Assembly: GCA_030646955.1 (NCBI GenBank) | Contig: JAUSKM010000033.1 | Span: 1 to 62,614, forward strand | Direction: 5' to 3' | From: a bacterium | GTDB taxonomy: Bacteria > Patescibacteriota > Patescibacteriia > JACPHY01 | Length of the DNA: 62,614 nt | Shown here: piece by piece, positions 10,226 through 19,138 of the stretch | How the letters are laid out: each line of letters begins with the position of its first letter | Position numbering within the stretch: position 1 is the stretch's first letter | The notes under the pieces: model-generated | What the model saw: the letters and a program-made list of their open reading frames with translations, nothing else | Database searches by the model: none | Told to the model about the DNA's origin: nothing | Position numbers and translations under genes: made by a program

Positions 10226-11375
10226 CGCTATGGCGCACGCGAATGATTTCACGGTCATGACGATCGTCGGGACGCGTCCCGAGATCATCAAGCTCTCCTG
10301 CGTCATGCGGGAGCTCGATTTGCATGTTCGCCATGTGCTCGTCCACACTGGCCAGAACTACGACTACGAGCTTAACGCGATATTTTTTAAGGAACTCGCA
10401 CTGCGCCCTCCGGACCACGTGCTCAACGTGGTGGGCGCGACACTTGCGGAGACCATTGGGAGCATCATCGCGAAGGCGGATGCGGTCATGGAGCGGGAGC
10501 GTCCAGATGCGGTACTCGTGTACGGGGATACGAACAGCTGTCTTTCCGTCATTGCGGCAAAGCGACGGAAGATTCCAATTTTCCACATGGAGGCGGGGAA
10601 CCGTTCGTTTGACATGCGGGTTCCGGAAGAGGTGAACCGGAAAATCGTCGACCACACGAGCGATGTAAACATGACGAACTCGGAGCACGCGCGCCACTAC
10701 CTTCTCGCCGAGGGTTTGCGTCCCGAGCTCGTCATAAAGACCGGTTCGCCGATGCAGGAAGTCCTCATGGAGTATCGCGAGCATATTGACCGATCGGACG
10801 TCCATGCGCGCCTCCGTGTCACTCCGCGGCAGTACATCGTTGTGAGCATGCATCGCGAGGAGAACGTCGATTCCGAGAAACACTTTGCACAGCTTCTCGA
10901 GACGCTCAACGCGATCGCGGCGTGTTTTGGGTTTCCGATCATCGTGTCCACCCACCCGCGCACGCGCAAGCAGCTCGACGCGCGCGGCGTGACGGCGATG
11001 GATTCGCGCATCCAGTTCCTCAAGCCACTCGGGCTGTTCGATTATGTGAAACTTCAGCAGGAGGCGTACTGCGTCGTCTCGGATTCTGGCACCATCACCG
11101 AGGAATCATCGCTCCTTCATTTCCCCGCCATCACCATCCGGCAAGCGCACGAGCGGCCCGAGGGGATGGACGAGGGGGTGCTTATTATGTCCGGCATCGC
11201 GGCGCCAGACGTGCTCCGTGCGATCGGTGTTGTTGTTGCACAGCACCGGCAGAACCCCACAGCGTTCCGGGTGGTTTCGGACTACGACGTTGACAACGTC
11301 TCGAAGAAGGTGGTGCGCATCATACTGAGCTATACCGGGTATGTGAACCGCATCGTCTGGCGCGTGGGGGAATAG
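10218..11375 (+). CDS. UDP-N-acetylglucosamine 2-epimerase (non-hydrolysing), FnlC/WbjD/CapG type
   Basis: MTIVGTRPEIIKLSCVMREL...HTGQNYDYELN...VLVYGDTNS...HMEAGNRSFD. The start is either 10218 (overlapping the upstream stop) or 10230. Confidence 0.85.
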   Translation: MHDAMAHANDFTVMTIVGTRPEIIKLSCVMRELDLHVRHVLVHTGQNYDYELNAIFFKELALRPPDHVLNVVGATLAETIGSIIAKADAVMERERPDAVLVYGDTNSCLSVIAAKRRKIPIFHMEAGNRSFDMRVPEEVNRKIVDHTSDVNMTNSEHARHYLLAEGLRPELVIKTGSPMQEVLMEYREHIDRSDVHARLRVTPRQYIVVSMHREENVDSEKHFAQLLETLNAIAACFGFPIIVSTHPRTRKQLDARGVTAMDSRIQFLKPLGLFDYVKLQQEAYCVVSDSGTITEESSLLHFPAITIRQAHERPEGMDEGVLIMSGIAAPDVLRAIGVVVAQHRQNPTAFRVVSDYDVDNVSKKVVRIILSYTGYVNRIVWRVGE

Positions 11376-11382
11376 TGATCGT

Positions 11383-12348
11383 ATGCGCGTGCTCGTGACA
11401 GGTGCCAACGGTTTCATCGGCCAGTGGGTTTGTCGTGCGCTTGCGGATGGGGGGATCGCTGTTCGTGGCGCCGTGCGGAGCGCGGACGTGCAGTGGGATA
11501 TCCCGCACGGCGCCGCGCGCAGCGATCGCGCAGTGGTGGGAGCGCTCTCCGATCGGACGGATTGGGGCGTGGCGCTCCGCGGCGTGGATAGTGTCGTACA
11601 TCTCGCCGCGCGCGTGCATGTCATGCGCGAGCGCGCGGACGATCCCCTCGCGGCGTTCCGGGCGGTGAACGTGGACGCGACGGTGCACCTCGCACGCTCC
11701 GCAGCTGCGCGCGGAGTGCGGCGGTTTGTGTATGTGAGCTCCGTGAAGGTACTCGGCGAGCGGACGGTCACACGGCCGTTCACGGAGCAGGATGTGCCGT
11801 ACCCCCGAGATCCCTACGCGCAGTCCAAGTGGGAAGCCGAGGAAGCGCTCGCCGTGATCGCAGAGAAAACGGGTCTCGAGCTCGTCATCGTTCGCTCCCC
11901 GCTTGTCTATGGCCCGGGCGTAGGCGGGAACTTTTTCCATCTCCTGCGCCTCGTGGATCGTGGGGTGCCGTTGCCGATCGCGCACATCGCGAATGAACGG
12001 AGTATGATCGGCGTACGGAACCTCGCGGATGTCCTCCGCCAGTGCGTCATGCATCCCTGCGCGGCCGGCGAGCGTTTCCTCGTGCGCGATACGGAGTCCG
12101 TGAGTACGCCGGAGCTCATCCGTCGCCTCGCAGCCGCGCTCGGGCGGCGGCCGCGCCTGTGGCCGTGCCCGCGCACGGTCCTCATGCTGCTCGCTGCCGT
12201 GACGGGGCGGCGGGCGGCGCTTCGACGCCTGACAGAGTCCCTCGCAATTGACGGTACGCATGTGTGTGCGACACTGGGATGGGTTCCACCGGTTGCCATG
12301 GAGGAGGAACTTCGTGCGACTGTTGCCGGGTATCGTCGGTTCGTATGA
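11383..12348 (+). CDS. NAD-dependent epimerase/dehydratase (CapN/WbjF/GalE-like)
   Basis: MRVLVTGANGFIGQWV Rossmann motif and a YAQSKWEAE catalytic YxxxK motif. Confidence 0.8.
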   Translation: MRVLVTGANGFIGQWVCRALADGGIAVRGAVRSADVQWDIPHGAARSDRAVVGALSDRTDWGVALRGVDSVVHLAARVHVMRERADDPLAAFRAVNVDATVHLARSAAARGVRRFVYVSSVKVLGERTVTRPFTEQDVPYPRDPYAQSKWEAEEALAVIAEKTGLELVIVRSPLVYGPGVGGNFFHLLRLVDRGVPLPIAHIANERSMIGVRNLADVLRQCVMHPCAAGERFLVRDTESVSTPELIRRLAAALGRRPRLWPCPRTVLMLLAAVTGRRAALRRLTESLAIDGTHVCATLGWVPPVAMEEELRATVAGYRRFV

Positions 12349-12920
12349 TGCCACTCCATACCAAGCGTGCGTTCGATCTCGTCCTCGCGAGCATCCTTCT
12401 CGTGCTTTTCGCAGTGCCGATGGCCGTTATTGCCATCCTCGTTCGCAGTACGTCGCGTGGCCCCGTACTCTACTGGTCGCGTCGTGTGGGGCGGGAGAAC
12501 GCCCCGTTTTCCATGCCGAAGTTTCGCACCATGCGCGTTGGTGCTCCGGTGGTTGCAACCCACCTCCTCACGAATCCCGGTCGTCACATTACGCGCATCG
12601 GACGCATCCTTCGCGCGACGAGCATCGATGAGCTTCCACAACTCTTTTCGATCATCGAGGGTCACATGAGCTTCGTGGGTCCGCGTCCGGCGCTGTGTAA
12701 CCAGGACGACCTCATTGCACTCCGGACGCAGCAGGGAGTCCACGAGCTGACTCCGGGTCTCACGGGGTGGGCGCAGATCAATGGGAGGGACGAGCTCGTC
12801 ATCCCCAAAAAAGTGGCGTACGATGCGTTCTACCGAACCCACCAATCATTCACCTTCGACCTCCGTATCCTCTGGCGGACGTGCGTCGTGGTGTTCACTC
12901 GCCGTGGCATCCAGCACTAG
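12345..12920 (+). CDS. Small monotopic phosphoglycosyl transferase (bacterial sugar transferase; PglC/CapM type), initiating enzyme
   Basis: KRAFDLVLASILLV...PVLYWSRRVGRENAPFSMPKFRTMR...DELPQLFSIIEGHMSFVGPRPAL. An ATGA overlap links it to the upstream stop. Confidence 0.85.
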   Translation: MMPLHTKRAFDLVLASILLVLFAVPMAVIAILVRSTSRGPVLYWSRRVGRENAPFSMPKFRTMRVGAPVVATHLLTNPGRHITRIGRILRATSIDELPQLFSIIEGHMSFVGPRPALCNQDDLIALRTQQGVHELTPGLTGWAQINGRDELVIPKKVAYDAFYRTHQSFTFDLRILWRTCVVVFTRRGIQH

Positions 12921-13087
12921 CAGTCAGAGATTTCTTGAAGCATTATTCGTATGCCTGCACACCATCATCTACGGCTGCACGCTGCGTTCGGAAACTTCGA
13001 GATTGCTCTGCTATTCTTTCGGTTCCATTACACGGTGTTCGCTCGTAGCTGATGGTTTTCGGCTGTACACTTATTTCGCAAGAGGGT

Positions 13088-14086
13088 ATGGATTACGTTG
13101 CAGACGAGAAAACGCTCGCGGATTACTGGAACGTCCTCGAGCGTCGTTGGTACATTTTGTTCGCGACCGCCATCCTCGCCATGGTCGGTACGTGGATATG
13201 GGTGCGCAGGCAACCCCCGCAGCCCTTCCCCTTTATCACGACGATTGAACTCGGGGAATCTATCGATACAAATGGGGTTGCCGCGAAAATGAGAGCGGAG
13301 TATATTCCTAGTGTATTGATCGAGGAGGCGAATCGGGATCTGTACAAGAACCAGAGGTATGCGGTCAATGTTGAGGCCGTGGAGGGAGAAAGCATCATTG
13401 CGCTCCGATCAGTCGGGGGAGAGGAGCAGGCCGCGAAGATTCTCAGCATCCACCAATCTTTAGTGGACAAACTCCTCAAAGATAGTGCACAGGCTGCAGC
13501 GAGTATTCGGAACGATCTCGAACGCAAGAAGTTCGATGCGGATCTCGCTCTTGGCGTTTTGCGGGACACAATGACGCATTTTCCCCAACAGGAGCGCGAT
13601 CTTGATGAGGAGGAGCGCATCGCGAGGCGGCATCTCGTGGAGCTCAAGGCGCTTCAGGAGACCTACCGGAACAATCGGACGCAGGTCATCCTCTTGGAAG
13701 CGTCACGCGATCCGGAGAGCCCGTCGCTCGCAACTGCACTCCTCCTCATTGACGCCACGATCGAGGCGAATGGGGAGAAGGTCCAGGTGCTCGAGCAACG
13801 CTTGGCCGGCGGATTTCCGCAAGAGCGTCGCTCGATCGCGGAGCGGCGCAGCAGTGTGCAGCGGGACATCGCTGGTCTCGAGCGTGACGTTGACGACATC
13901 CAGAGCCGCATCGATACTATCAAATATACGCAGGTACTCATTCCACCCTCGCGTTTCCTTCGGGTCGACCGTTCTTTCGTGTTCCGTGGTGTGGCCATCG
14001 CTGCGTTCGCCGGGCTTTTTGTCGGGGGTGTGATCGCTTTCTTCCTCGAGTTCATTCGCAACGCGAGGAAGCTACGCACCCACTAA
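13088..14086 (+). CDS. Wzz-like polysaccharide co-polymerase (chain-length determinant topology)
   Basis: It has an N-terminal TM (WYILFATAILAMVGTWIW), a long coiled-coil-like middle and a C-terminal TM (GVAIAAFAGLFVGGVIAFFLEF). The call rests on topology and context. The start is 13052 or 13088. Confidence 0.55.
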   Translation: MDYVADEKTLADYWNVLERRWYILFATAILAMVGTWIWVRRQPPQPFPFITTIELGESIDTNGVAAKMRAEYIPSVLIEEANRDLYKNQRYAVNVEAVEGESIIALRSVGGEEQAAKILSIHQSLVDKLLKDSAQAAASIRNDLERKKFDADLALGVLRDTMTHFPQQERDLDEEERIARRHLVELKALQETYRNNRTQVILLEASRDPESPSLATALLLIDATIEANGEKVQVLEQRLAGGFPQERRSIAERRSSVQRDIAGLERDVDDIQSRIDTIKYTQVLIPPSRFLRVDRSFVFRGVAIAAFAGLFVGGVIAFFLEFIRNARKLRTH

Positions 14087-14368
14087 GCATTCCCTCGAGA
14101 TTTCCCGTGCGTCATGCGATTCGTCTCGATTGGATCGTGCGCGTTTTTTTGCGTTTCCGCATCGTCTCTCATCTTTTCTATGCTTCAGCGTGCTGACGCC
14201 ATGCTGGGCGGTAGTGCGCGAGGAAGGGCGCAGCAGACGGGAAAGTGTATCCGGTGTTTTGTGGATGATGACATGCTGCGCGTCATCGCTTGACTACTCA
14301 CTCCCTCCGCGGTGTACTGGAGAATTGATAGATGTCCTCTGGTACACGGTGATCCTTGCGGTTCACGT

Positions 14369-16351
14369 ATGATATTTGATCGCAGTATCGGACATGCATT
14401 CGTCCGCCGGGCGCTCCGCCCCACGTGGGGGAAGAAGCTCGCTTTTTTTCTTACTGCAGATGCGGTGTTGGTCCTGCTGTCTCTCGTCGCAGCATTTCTC
14501 ATCCGGTTTGACTTCGACCTCGAGTCGCCGCACATTGCACTCGTACTTTCAACGTTGCCACTCGTGCTCTTTGCGAAGATCTCGTGTTTCGCGTTCTTCG
14601 GTTGTTACTCCATGAGCTGGCGGTATGTATCGCTGCGCGATCTCGCAAATATTTGTAAGGCGGCGCTCGCGGCGGAATCCGTGCTCGCAGTGATGTTCTA
14701 CGTCGTCCGCCTCGATGCATTTGTGGGATTCCCACGTGGCGCGCTCCTTATCGATGTGATCCTCACGATGGGGCTCATAGCGGGGTTACGTATTGCGAAG
14801 CGTTTCGTGATAGAGGTTACGCGCGGTGAGCGGTTTGCCACGCACGGGAAGCGGACAGTGATCATCGGTGCGGGGAATACCGGAGAGATGGTTCTTCGTG
14901 ACATGCGGCGCACGCAGATGCATCAGTACCAGCCCGTCGCTTTTCTTGACGATGATCTGCGACTCGTCGGCACGCGGCTTCATGGTGTACGGGTTCGCGG
15001 GACCGTGCATGATCTCGCCGCGGTCATTCGCGATCTTCGTGTCGAGGCAGTGATTGTTGCCATCCAGTCGCTCGGGCACCAGCAGCTCCGGAAGATTTAC
15101 GGAGAGGCGCGGAGGTGCGGTATCTCAGAAATAAAAATTGTGCCACGTCTCTACGATACGAATCGACCGCAGGTTCGTCTTGAGGCAATCGAGGATATCA
15201 AGATTGAAGATCTCATTCGGCGACAGGCAGTTCGCGTGGATGATGTAGGGATTCGCAGCACGATCGAGGGACGATGTGTTCTTATCACTGGCGCGGCAGG
15301 ATCCATTGGATCAGAGATCGTCCGCCAAATCTGTCGGTATCATCCGCGGATCGTTGTGTGTTTCGAGATAGACGAGACCGATCTCCATCACCTTCAGCTC
15401 CAGCTCGACCGGGAATTTCGGACGGTCGCGCGCCGCGTGCGATTTGTCGTTGGCGACATTCGTGATGCTGACCGTGTCGCTGAAGTGTTTGAGCGATACC
15501 GTCCGGATATCATATACCATGCGGCAGCATACAAGCACGTGCCCATGATGGAAGAGAACGTCGCAGAGGCAGTGAAGGTGAACATTGGGGGAACGTGGAT
15601 TGTCGCGGAGGCGGCACGGCGTGTGGGAGCATCGCGGTGCATCCTCATCTCCACAGATAAGGCAGTGCGTCCGACGAGTATCATGGGTGCGACGAAGCGC
15701 ATTGCGGAGCACGTTGCGCGTGCGTGCAGCGCCGCAGGCCCTACGTCGTTTGTCGCGGTGCGATTCGGAAATGTGCTGGGGAGTCGCGGGAGCGTTCTTC
15801 CTATTTTTCTGGAGCAGCTCGCACGTGGTGGACCATTGACCATTACCCATGCGGATATGCGGCGCTACTTCATGACCATTCCCGAAGCCGTTGCGCTGGT
15901 ACTTGAAGCGGGGGTACGCGGAAACGGTGGCGATACGCTCGTTCTCGATATGGGGGACCCCATCCGCATCGTAACGCTCGCCGAGGATCTCATTCGGCTG
16001 CATCATCTTCGACCGTATGAGGATATTGCCATTGAGTACATCGGCATGCGTCCCGGCGAGAAGCTGTTTGAGGAGCTGCTCACTGCGGAGGAGGGCACCA
16101 TGGCGACTGCACATGAAAAGATTTTCGTTGCACGATCGAGCACGCAGTATGTGCGCGAGGACATTGAAATACTCGTTCGGCAATTCGCGCAGCTCGCGCG
16201 ATTCCCGGATGTGGATGGTGCAGCAATCCGCAAGCTCCTACGGGAGCGAATTGAGTGGTACGATCCGGGCCGTGAGGGCGAGCATCGGCGTACGACGGTC
16301 GACGGCGTGCTGCCGGTGACGCCGGATGTTCGTGTCCATACGGATCCGTGA
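14369..16351 (+). CDS. Membrane-bound UDP-GlcNAc 4,6-dehydratase (CapD/WbpM/PglF family)
   Basis: Four N-terminal TM helices are followed by two Rossmann-like regions (VIIGAGNTGE; VLITGAAGSIGSE) and then HAAAYKHVPMME and STDKAVRPTSIMGATKRIAE. Confidence 0.85.
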   Translation: MIFDRSIGHAFVRRALRPTWGKKLAFFLTADAVLVLLSLVAAFLIRFDFDLESPHIALVLSTLPLVLFAKISCFAFFGCYSMSWRYVSLRDLANICKAALAAESVLAVMFYVVRLDAFVGFPRGALLIDVILTMGLIAGLRIAKRFVIEVTRGERFATHGKRTVIIGAGNTGEMVLRDMRRTQMHQYQPVAFLDDDLRLVGTRLHGVRVRGTVHDLAAVIRDLRVEAVIVAIQSLGHQQLRKIYGEARRCGISEIKIVPRLYDTNRPQVRLEAIEDIKIEDLIRRQAVRVDDVGIRSTIEGRCVLITGAAGSIGSEIVRQICRYHPRIVVCFEIDETDLHHLQLQLDREFRTVARRVRFVVGDIRDADRVAEVFERYRPDIIYHAAAYKHVPMMEENVAEAVKVNIGGTWIVAEAARRVGASRCILISTDKAVRPTSIMGATKRIAEHVARACSAAGPTSFVAVRFGNVLGSRGSVLPIFLEQLARGGPLTITHADMRRYFMTIPEAVALVLEAGVRGNGGDTLVLDMGDPIRIVTLAEDLIRLHHLRPYEDIAIEYIGMRPGEKLFEELLTAEEGTMATAHEKIFVARSSTQYVREDIEILVRQFAQLARFPDVDGAAIRKLLRERIEWYDPGREGEHRRTTVDGVLPVTPDVRVHTDP

Positions 16352-16352
16352 C

Positions 16353-17129
16353 ATGTTCCTCCTTCTGAAACTCCTTAAGCCCCTTGTGCTACCGCCGACG
16401 CTCATTGCGATCGGACTCACCGTCGCGCTCGTGTTTATCATGCGGCGCCGCAGGCGGTGGGGGATCGCTATTCTCGCGTGCACGTTCGGTGTGTATTATT
16501 TCCTTGCAATCGAACCGACGGCCGCCGCACTCGCGTGGACGCTCGAACGGCCGTACGTTGCCGCCGCGACCGCGCCGGCAGAGCGCGTGGACGCGATTGT
16601 GGTCCTAGGCGGCGGTGCGCGCGCTGAACCAATTCCTGAACTCGGCGGGTCGAGTTTCCGACGTTTATGGCGCGCCATCGCATACTACGATGATCTTGGC
16701 GGGCATGTGCCCATTGTCTACAGTGGCGGCTCCGGTGACCCGTTCGCGCGTGATGCGGTGGAGGCGGACATCGCACACCGTATTGCCATGCGCGCGGGCG
16801 TGAAGCAGACACAGATCCTCTTGGAGGAGGGTTCGCGGACGACGTATGAGAATGGCATCGCAACGCGTGCGCTGCTTGAAGAGCGCCTCCCGCATGCTCC
16901 GCAGCCGCGCATTGCGCTTGTCACTTCCGCATGGCATCTGCGGCGGGCGACCGGGGTATTTACAAAACTCGGCCTGGATGTCGTTCCTGTGCCAGCGGAT
17001 TTCATGAGCGGTGGATTTTCGTTGGATCCCTTGAGTTTTTTTCCAAGTGCATCGGCATTCTCGGATTCGGTGACGAGCATCCATGAGTGGGTAGGGATGG
17101 CCGGGTATCGTGTGCAGGGACGACTATGA
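16353..17129 (+). CDS. YdcF/DUF218 (ElyC/SanA-like) envelope protein
   Basis: There are N-terminal TM helices, and DAIVVLGGG...TSAWHLRRA is typical of DUF218. The chosen start is 2 nt after the upstream stop. Confidence 0.7.
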   Translation: MFLLLKLLKPLVLPPTLIAIGLTVALVFIMRRRRRWGIAILACTFGVYYFLAIEPTAAALAWTLERPYVAAATAPAERVDAIVVLGGGARAEPIPELGGSSFRRLWRAIAYYDDLGGHVPIVYSGGSGDPFARDAVEADIAHRIAMRAGVKQTQILLEEGSRTTYENGIATRALLEERLPHAPQPRIALVTSAWHLRRATGVFTKLGLDVVPVPADFMSGGFSLDPLSFFPSASAFSDSVTSIHEWVGMAGYRVQGRL

Positions 17130-17690
17130 TGTGTCCTCATGCTCACGCTGTCCGTCGCGGAAACCGTAGCGGTATTTTTCCGTTCTTGGTGGCCGGTAGT
17201 ATCTGCATGGTGTTTGTCTATTTACGGTCATGATGGGTGGAACGAGCATCGCACTCCCTGCAGTGAGGGGGGGCGGTCCACACGGCGGCATGAGCTCCTT
17301 GCGATGTATGGCCGGCCGCCGTACATTTTTACGGACTGGAGCGTCCGGCACGCGCAGTACATGCGTTTTTTGTTGTGTGATTCATTGGTGGGGCGCGTGA
17401 GCGGGTACTCCTGGCGGTATGATTTTTTGCACATGGTGCCAAGCAATATTGTGCGCATGCGCACTGCAGAAGGGGATCTGGAATGGGTAGGATGATGATG
17501 CATTGGATGCGGTGTAGTGTTTTATGGAGTTCGGGTGGTGGTCGCTAGGGGTTCGTTTATTGGTATGTTCATGCACAGTGACTGCAGGCGGCATTGGCGA
17601 TACACTTGATACGAAGGGCGTTCTTGGTCAGAGCGCCATGTGGATAACATTCCATCAGCATCGTGCCGATTTTGTGCGCGAGCAATATCT

Positions 17691-18938
17691 ATGAGCGAGC
17701 AACTCCGTGGGCTCGGTCGGAAGGTCACCGATCGGCTCAACAGCGAGAATGCGGCAGTAAGACGGCGATGGCAGGCCATCATCGGTGTAACGTTCATGTT
17801 CGTGTTCGTGGTTGCGTCCGTGGCGGTCAACCAGACCGTCCTCGCGCTCAACCAGGCGGCGGGAAATTACGGATACGTGTCCGGGACGTATGGGTATAAC
17901 GTGAGTGCAACATCGTCGGATGCGCTGCCTTCCGCTCCCACGTCGTTGGGATCGACCCCGACAGTGTCTGGTGCGACGGTGACGTGGACTGCGCCGACCA
18001 CGACAACGGACTCGACGTCGCTCGACAACTTGTCGAGCTACCGGATCCACTACAGCACGAGCTCGCTTTCATCGTGCTCCGGGGGTACTTCAACGACCTC
18101 GAGTAGTGCGAGTGCGACGCTTTCGAGCTTGAGCTCGAATACGGCATACTACGTTGCAGTGTGTGCAATCGATGGAAACAGCAACGAGTCATCGGCGCTC
18201 ACGGGTACGTTTACGACGGTTGCCGCGAGCAGCAGTGGCGGCGGCGGTGCAGGTGCGGGTGGTGTTTTCTCGGCGACACCCGCAACGCCTGCGACTGCAG
18301 CGACACCGGGGGTGACGCCTGCAGCGCCCGCAACGCCTGCGACGCCTTCGGCAGTGGCAGCGGATGGGGCAACGCTTGTTGCGCACCTCGTCACGCAGGG
18401 TCTCCAGGCATCCCGCAACATCGCGGCGGAGACGACCAACGCCACGAAGGTGGCCGCGAGCGCGAGCGAGTTCAAGGTGACGCTCGCGGGCGATGTGAAG
18501 ACGGTTGCAGCGAACTTCGTGACATACGGCACGAACGCGACCACGGTGAAGCTTGGGTCGGGTGAGCGCCTTGCGGTGATTCGCGACGTGCTCCAGACAC
18601 TCGGATCCACCGTACAGTCTGATGCGGGCAAGCTCCTGAAGGTTGTGGAGGAAATCTCCAGCGGGAACAAGCCATCCGTGCGCAACATCGTAAAGGAGCG
18701 CGAGCAGGTGGCGGCAGCGAAGCCGATCATCGTAAAGTTCCTCAATGGCCGTGAGCCGAACTTCAAGAATACGAAGGAGGACCTCGCATGGAACACGCTC
18801 CTCTACCGTGTCCGCTTCGAGCGGGATCTCGTGAAGGAGCGCGCAGGAATTGTGAAGTTCAAGGCAGACTTCAAGCGCATCCCCAAGACGCCGCTGGACT
18901 GGGCAGCAGTCCGCGCATGGGCCTACGCACTCAAGTAA
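17691..18938 (+). CDS. Membrane-anchored surface protein with one fibronectin type III-like domain and Ala/Thr/Pro low-complexity linkers
   Basis: The N-terminal anchor is IIGVTFMFVFVVASVAV. The FN3-like segment reads PTSLGSTPTVSGATVTWTAPT...YRIHYS...YYVAVCAIDGNSNES. An ATPATPATAATPG linker follows. Confidence 0.55.
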   Translation: MSEQLRGLGRKVTDRLNSENAAVRRRWQAIIGVTFMFVFVVASVAVNQTVLALNQAAGNYGYVSGTYGYNVSATSSDALPSAPTSLGSTPTVSGATVTWTAPTTTTDSTSLDNLSSYRIHYSTSSLSSCSGGTSTTSSSASATLSSLSSNTAYYVAVCAIDGNSNESSALTGTFTTVAASSSGGGGAGAGGVFSATPATPATAATPGVTPAAPATPATPSAVAADGATLVAHLVTQGLQASRNIAAETTNATKVAASASEFKVTLAGDVKTVAANFVTYGTNATTVKLGSGERLAVIRDVLQTLGSTVQSDAGKLLKVVEEISSGNKPSVRNIVKEREQVAAAKPIIVKFLNGREPNFKNTKEDLAWNTLLYRVRFERDLVKERAGIVKFKADFKRIPKTPLDWAAVRAWAYALK

Positions 18939-18959
18939 GCCACAGAACCGCTCTGGAAG

Positions 18960-18999
18960 CAGACCCTCCCAATCGGGAGGGTCTGCGCGTTTCTTTATT
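18960..18999 (+). terminator. Rho-independent terminator after the FN3 protein gene
   Basis: The stem is cagaccctccc/gggagggtctg with loop aatc. A T-rich tract (gtttctttatt) follows. Confidence 0.7.
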
Positions 19000-19054
19000 C
19001 CCCTCCCTCTCCGCGTACTCGGGGGAGAGGGAGGGTGAGGGAGGGAGAGGTGGG
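19000..19054. repeat. Repeat family A, copy 1: poly-pyrimidine/poly-purine hairpin element
   Basis: The sequence is cccctccctctcc-gcgtactcg-ggggagagggaggg followed by tgagggagggagaggtggg. Its reverse complement matches 26664..26715 apart from one base and the loop. Confidence 0.8.
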
Positions 19055-19138
19055 TACGATTCCGCATGTGCGATGGTGCAGAGCGTTGCGAGGATGGATG
19101 AGCGTTGGGGATGAGCATCCAAGGTACACTAATCGTGT

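Noticed and set aside
17139-17495. 118-aa plus-strand ORF after the DUF218 gene
   Set aside because: It has no RBS and a Trp/Arg/Cys-rich composition, and competing antisense ORFs overlap it. I kept it only as an unexplained gap in the findings.
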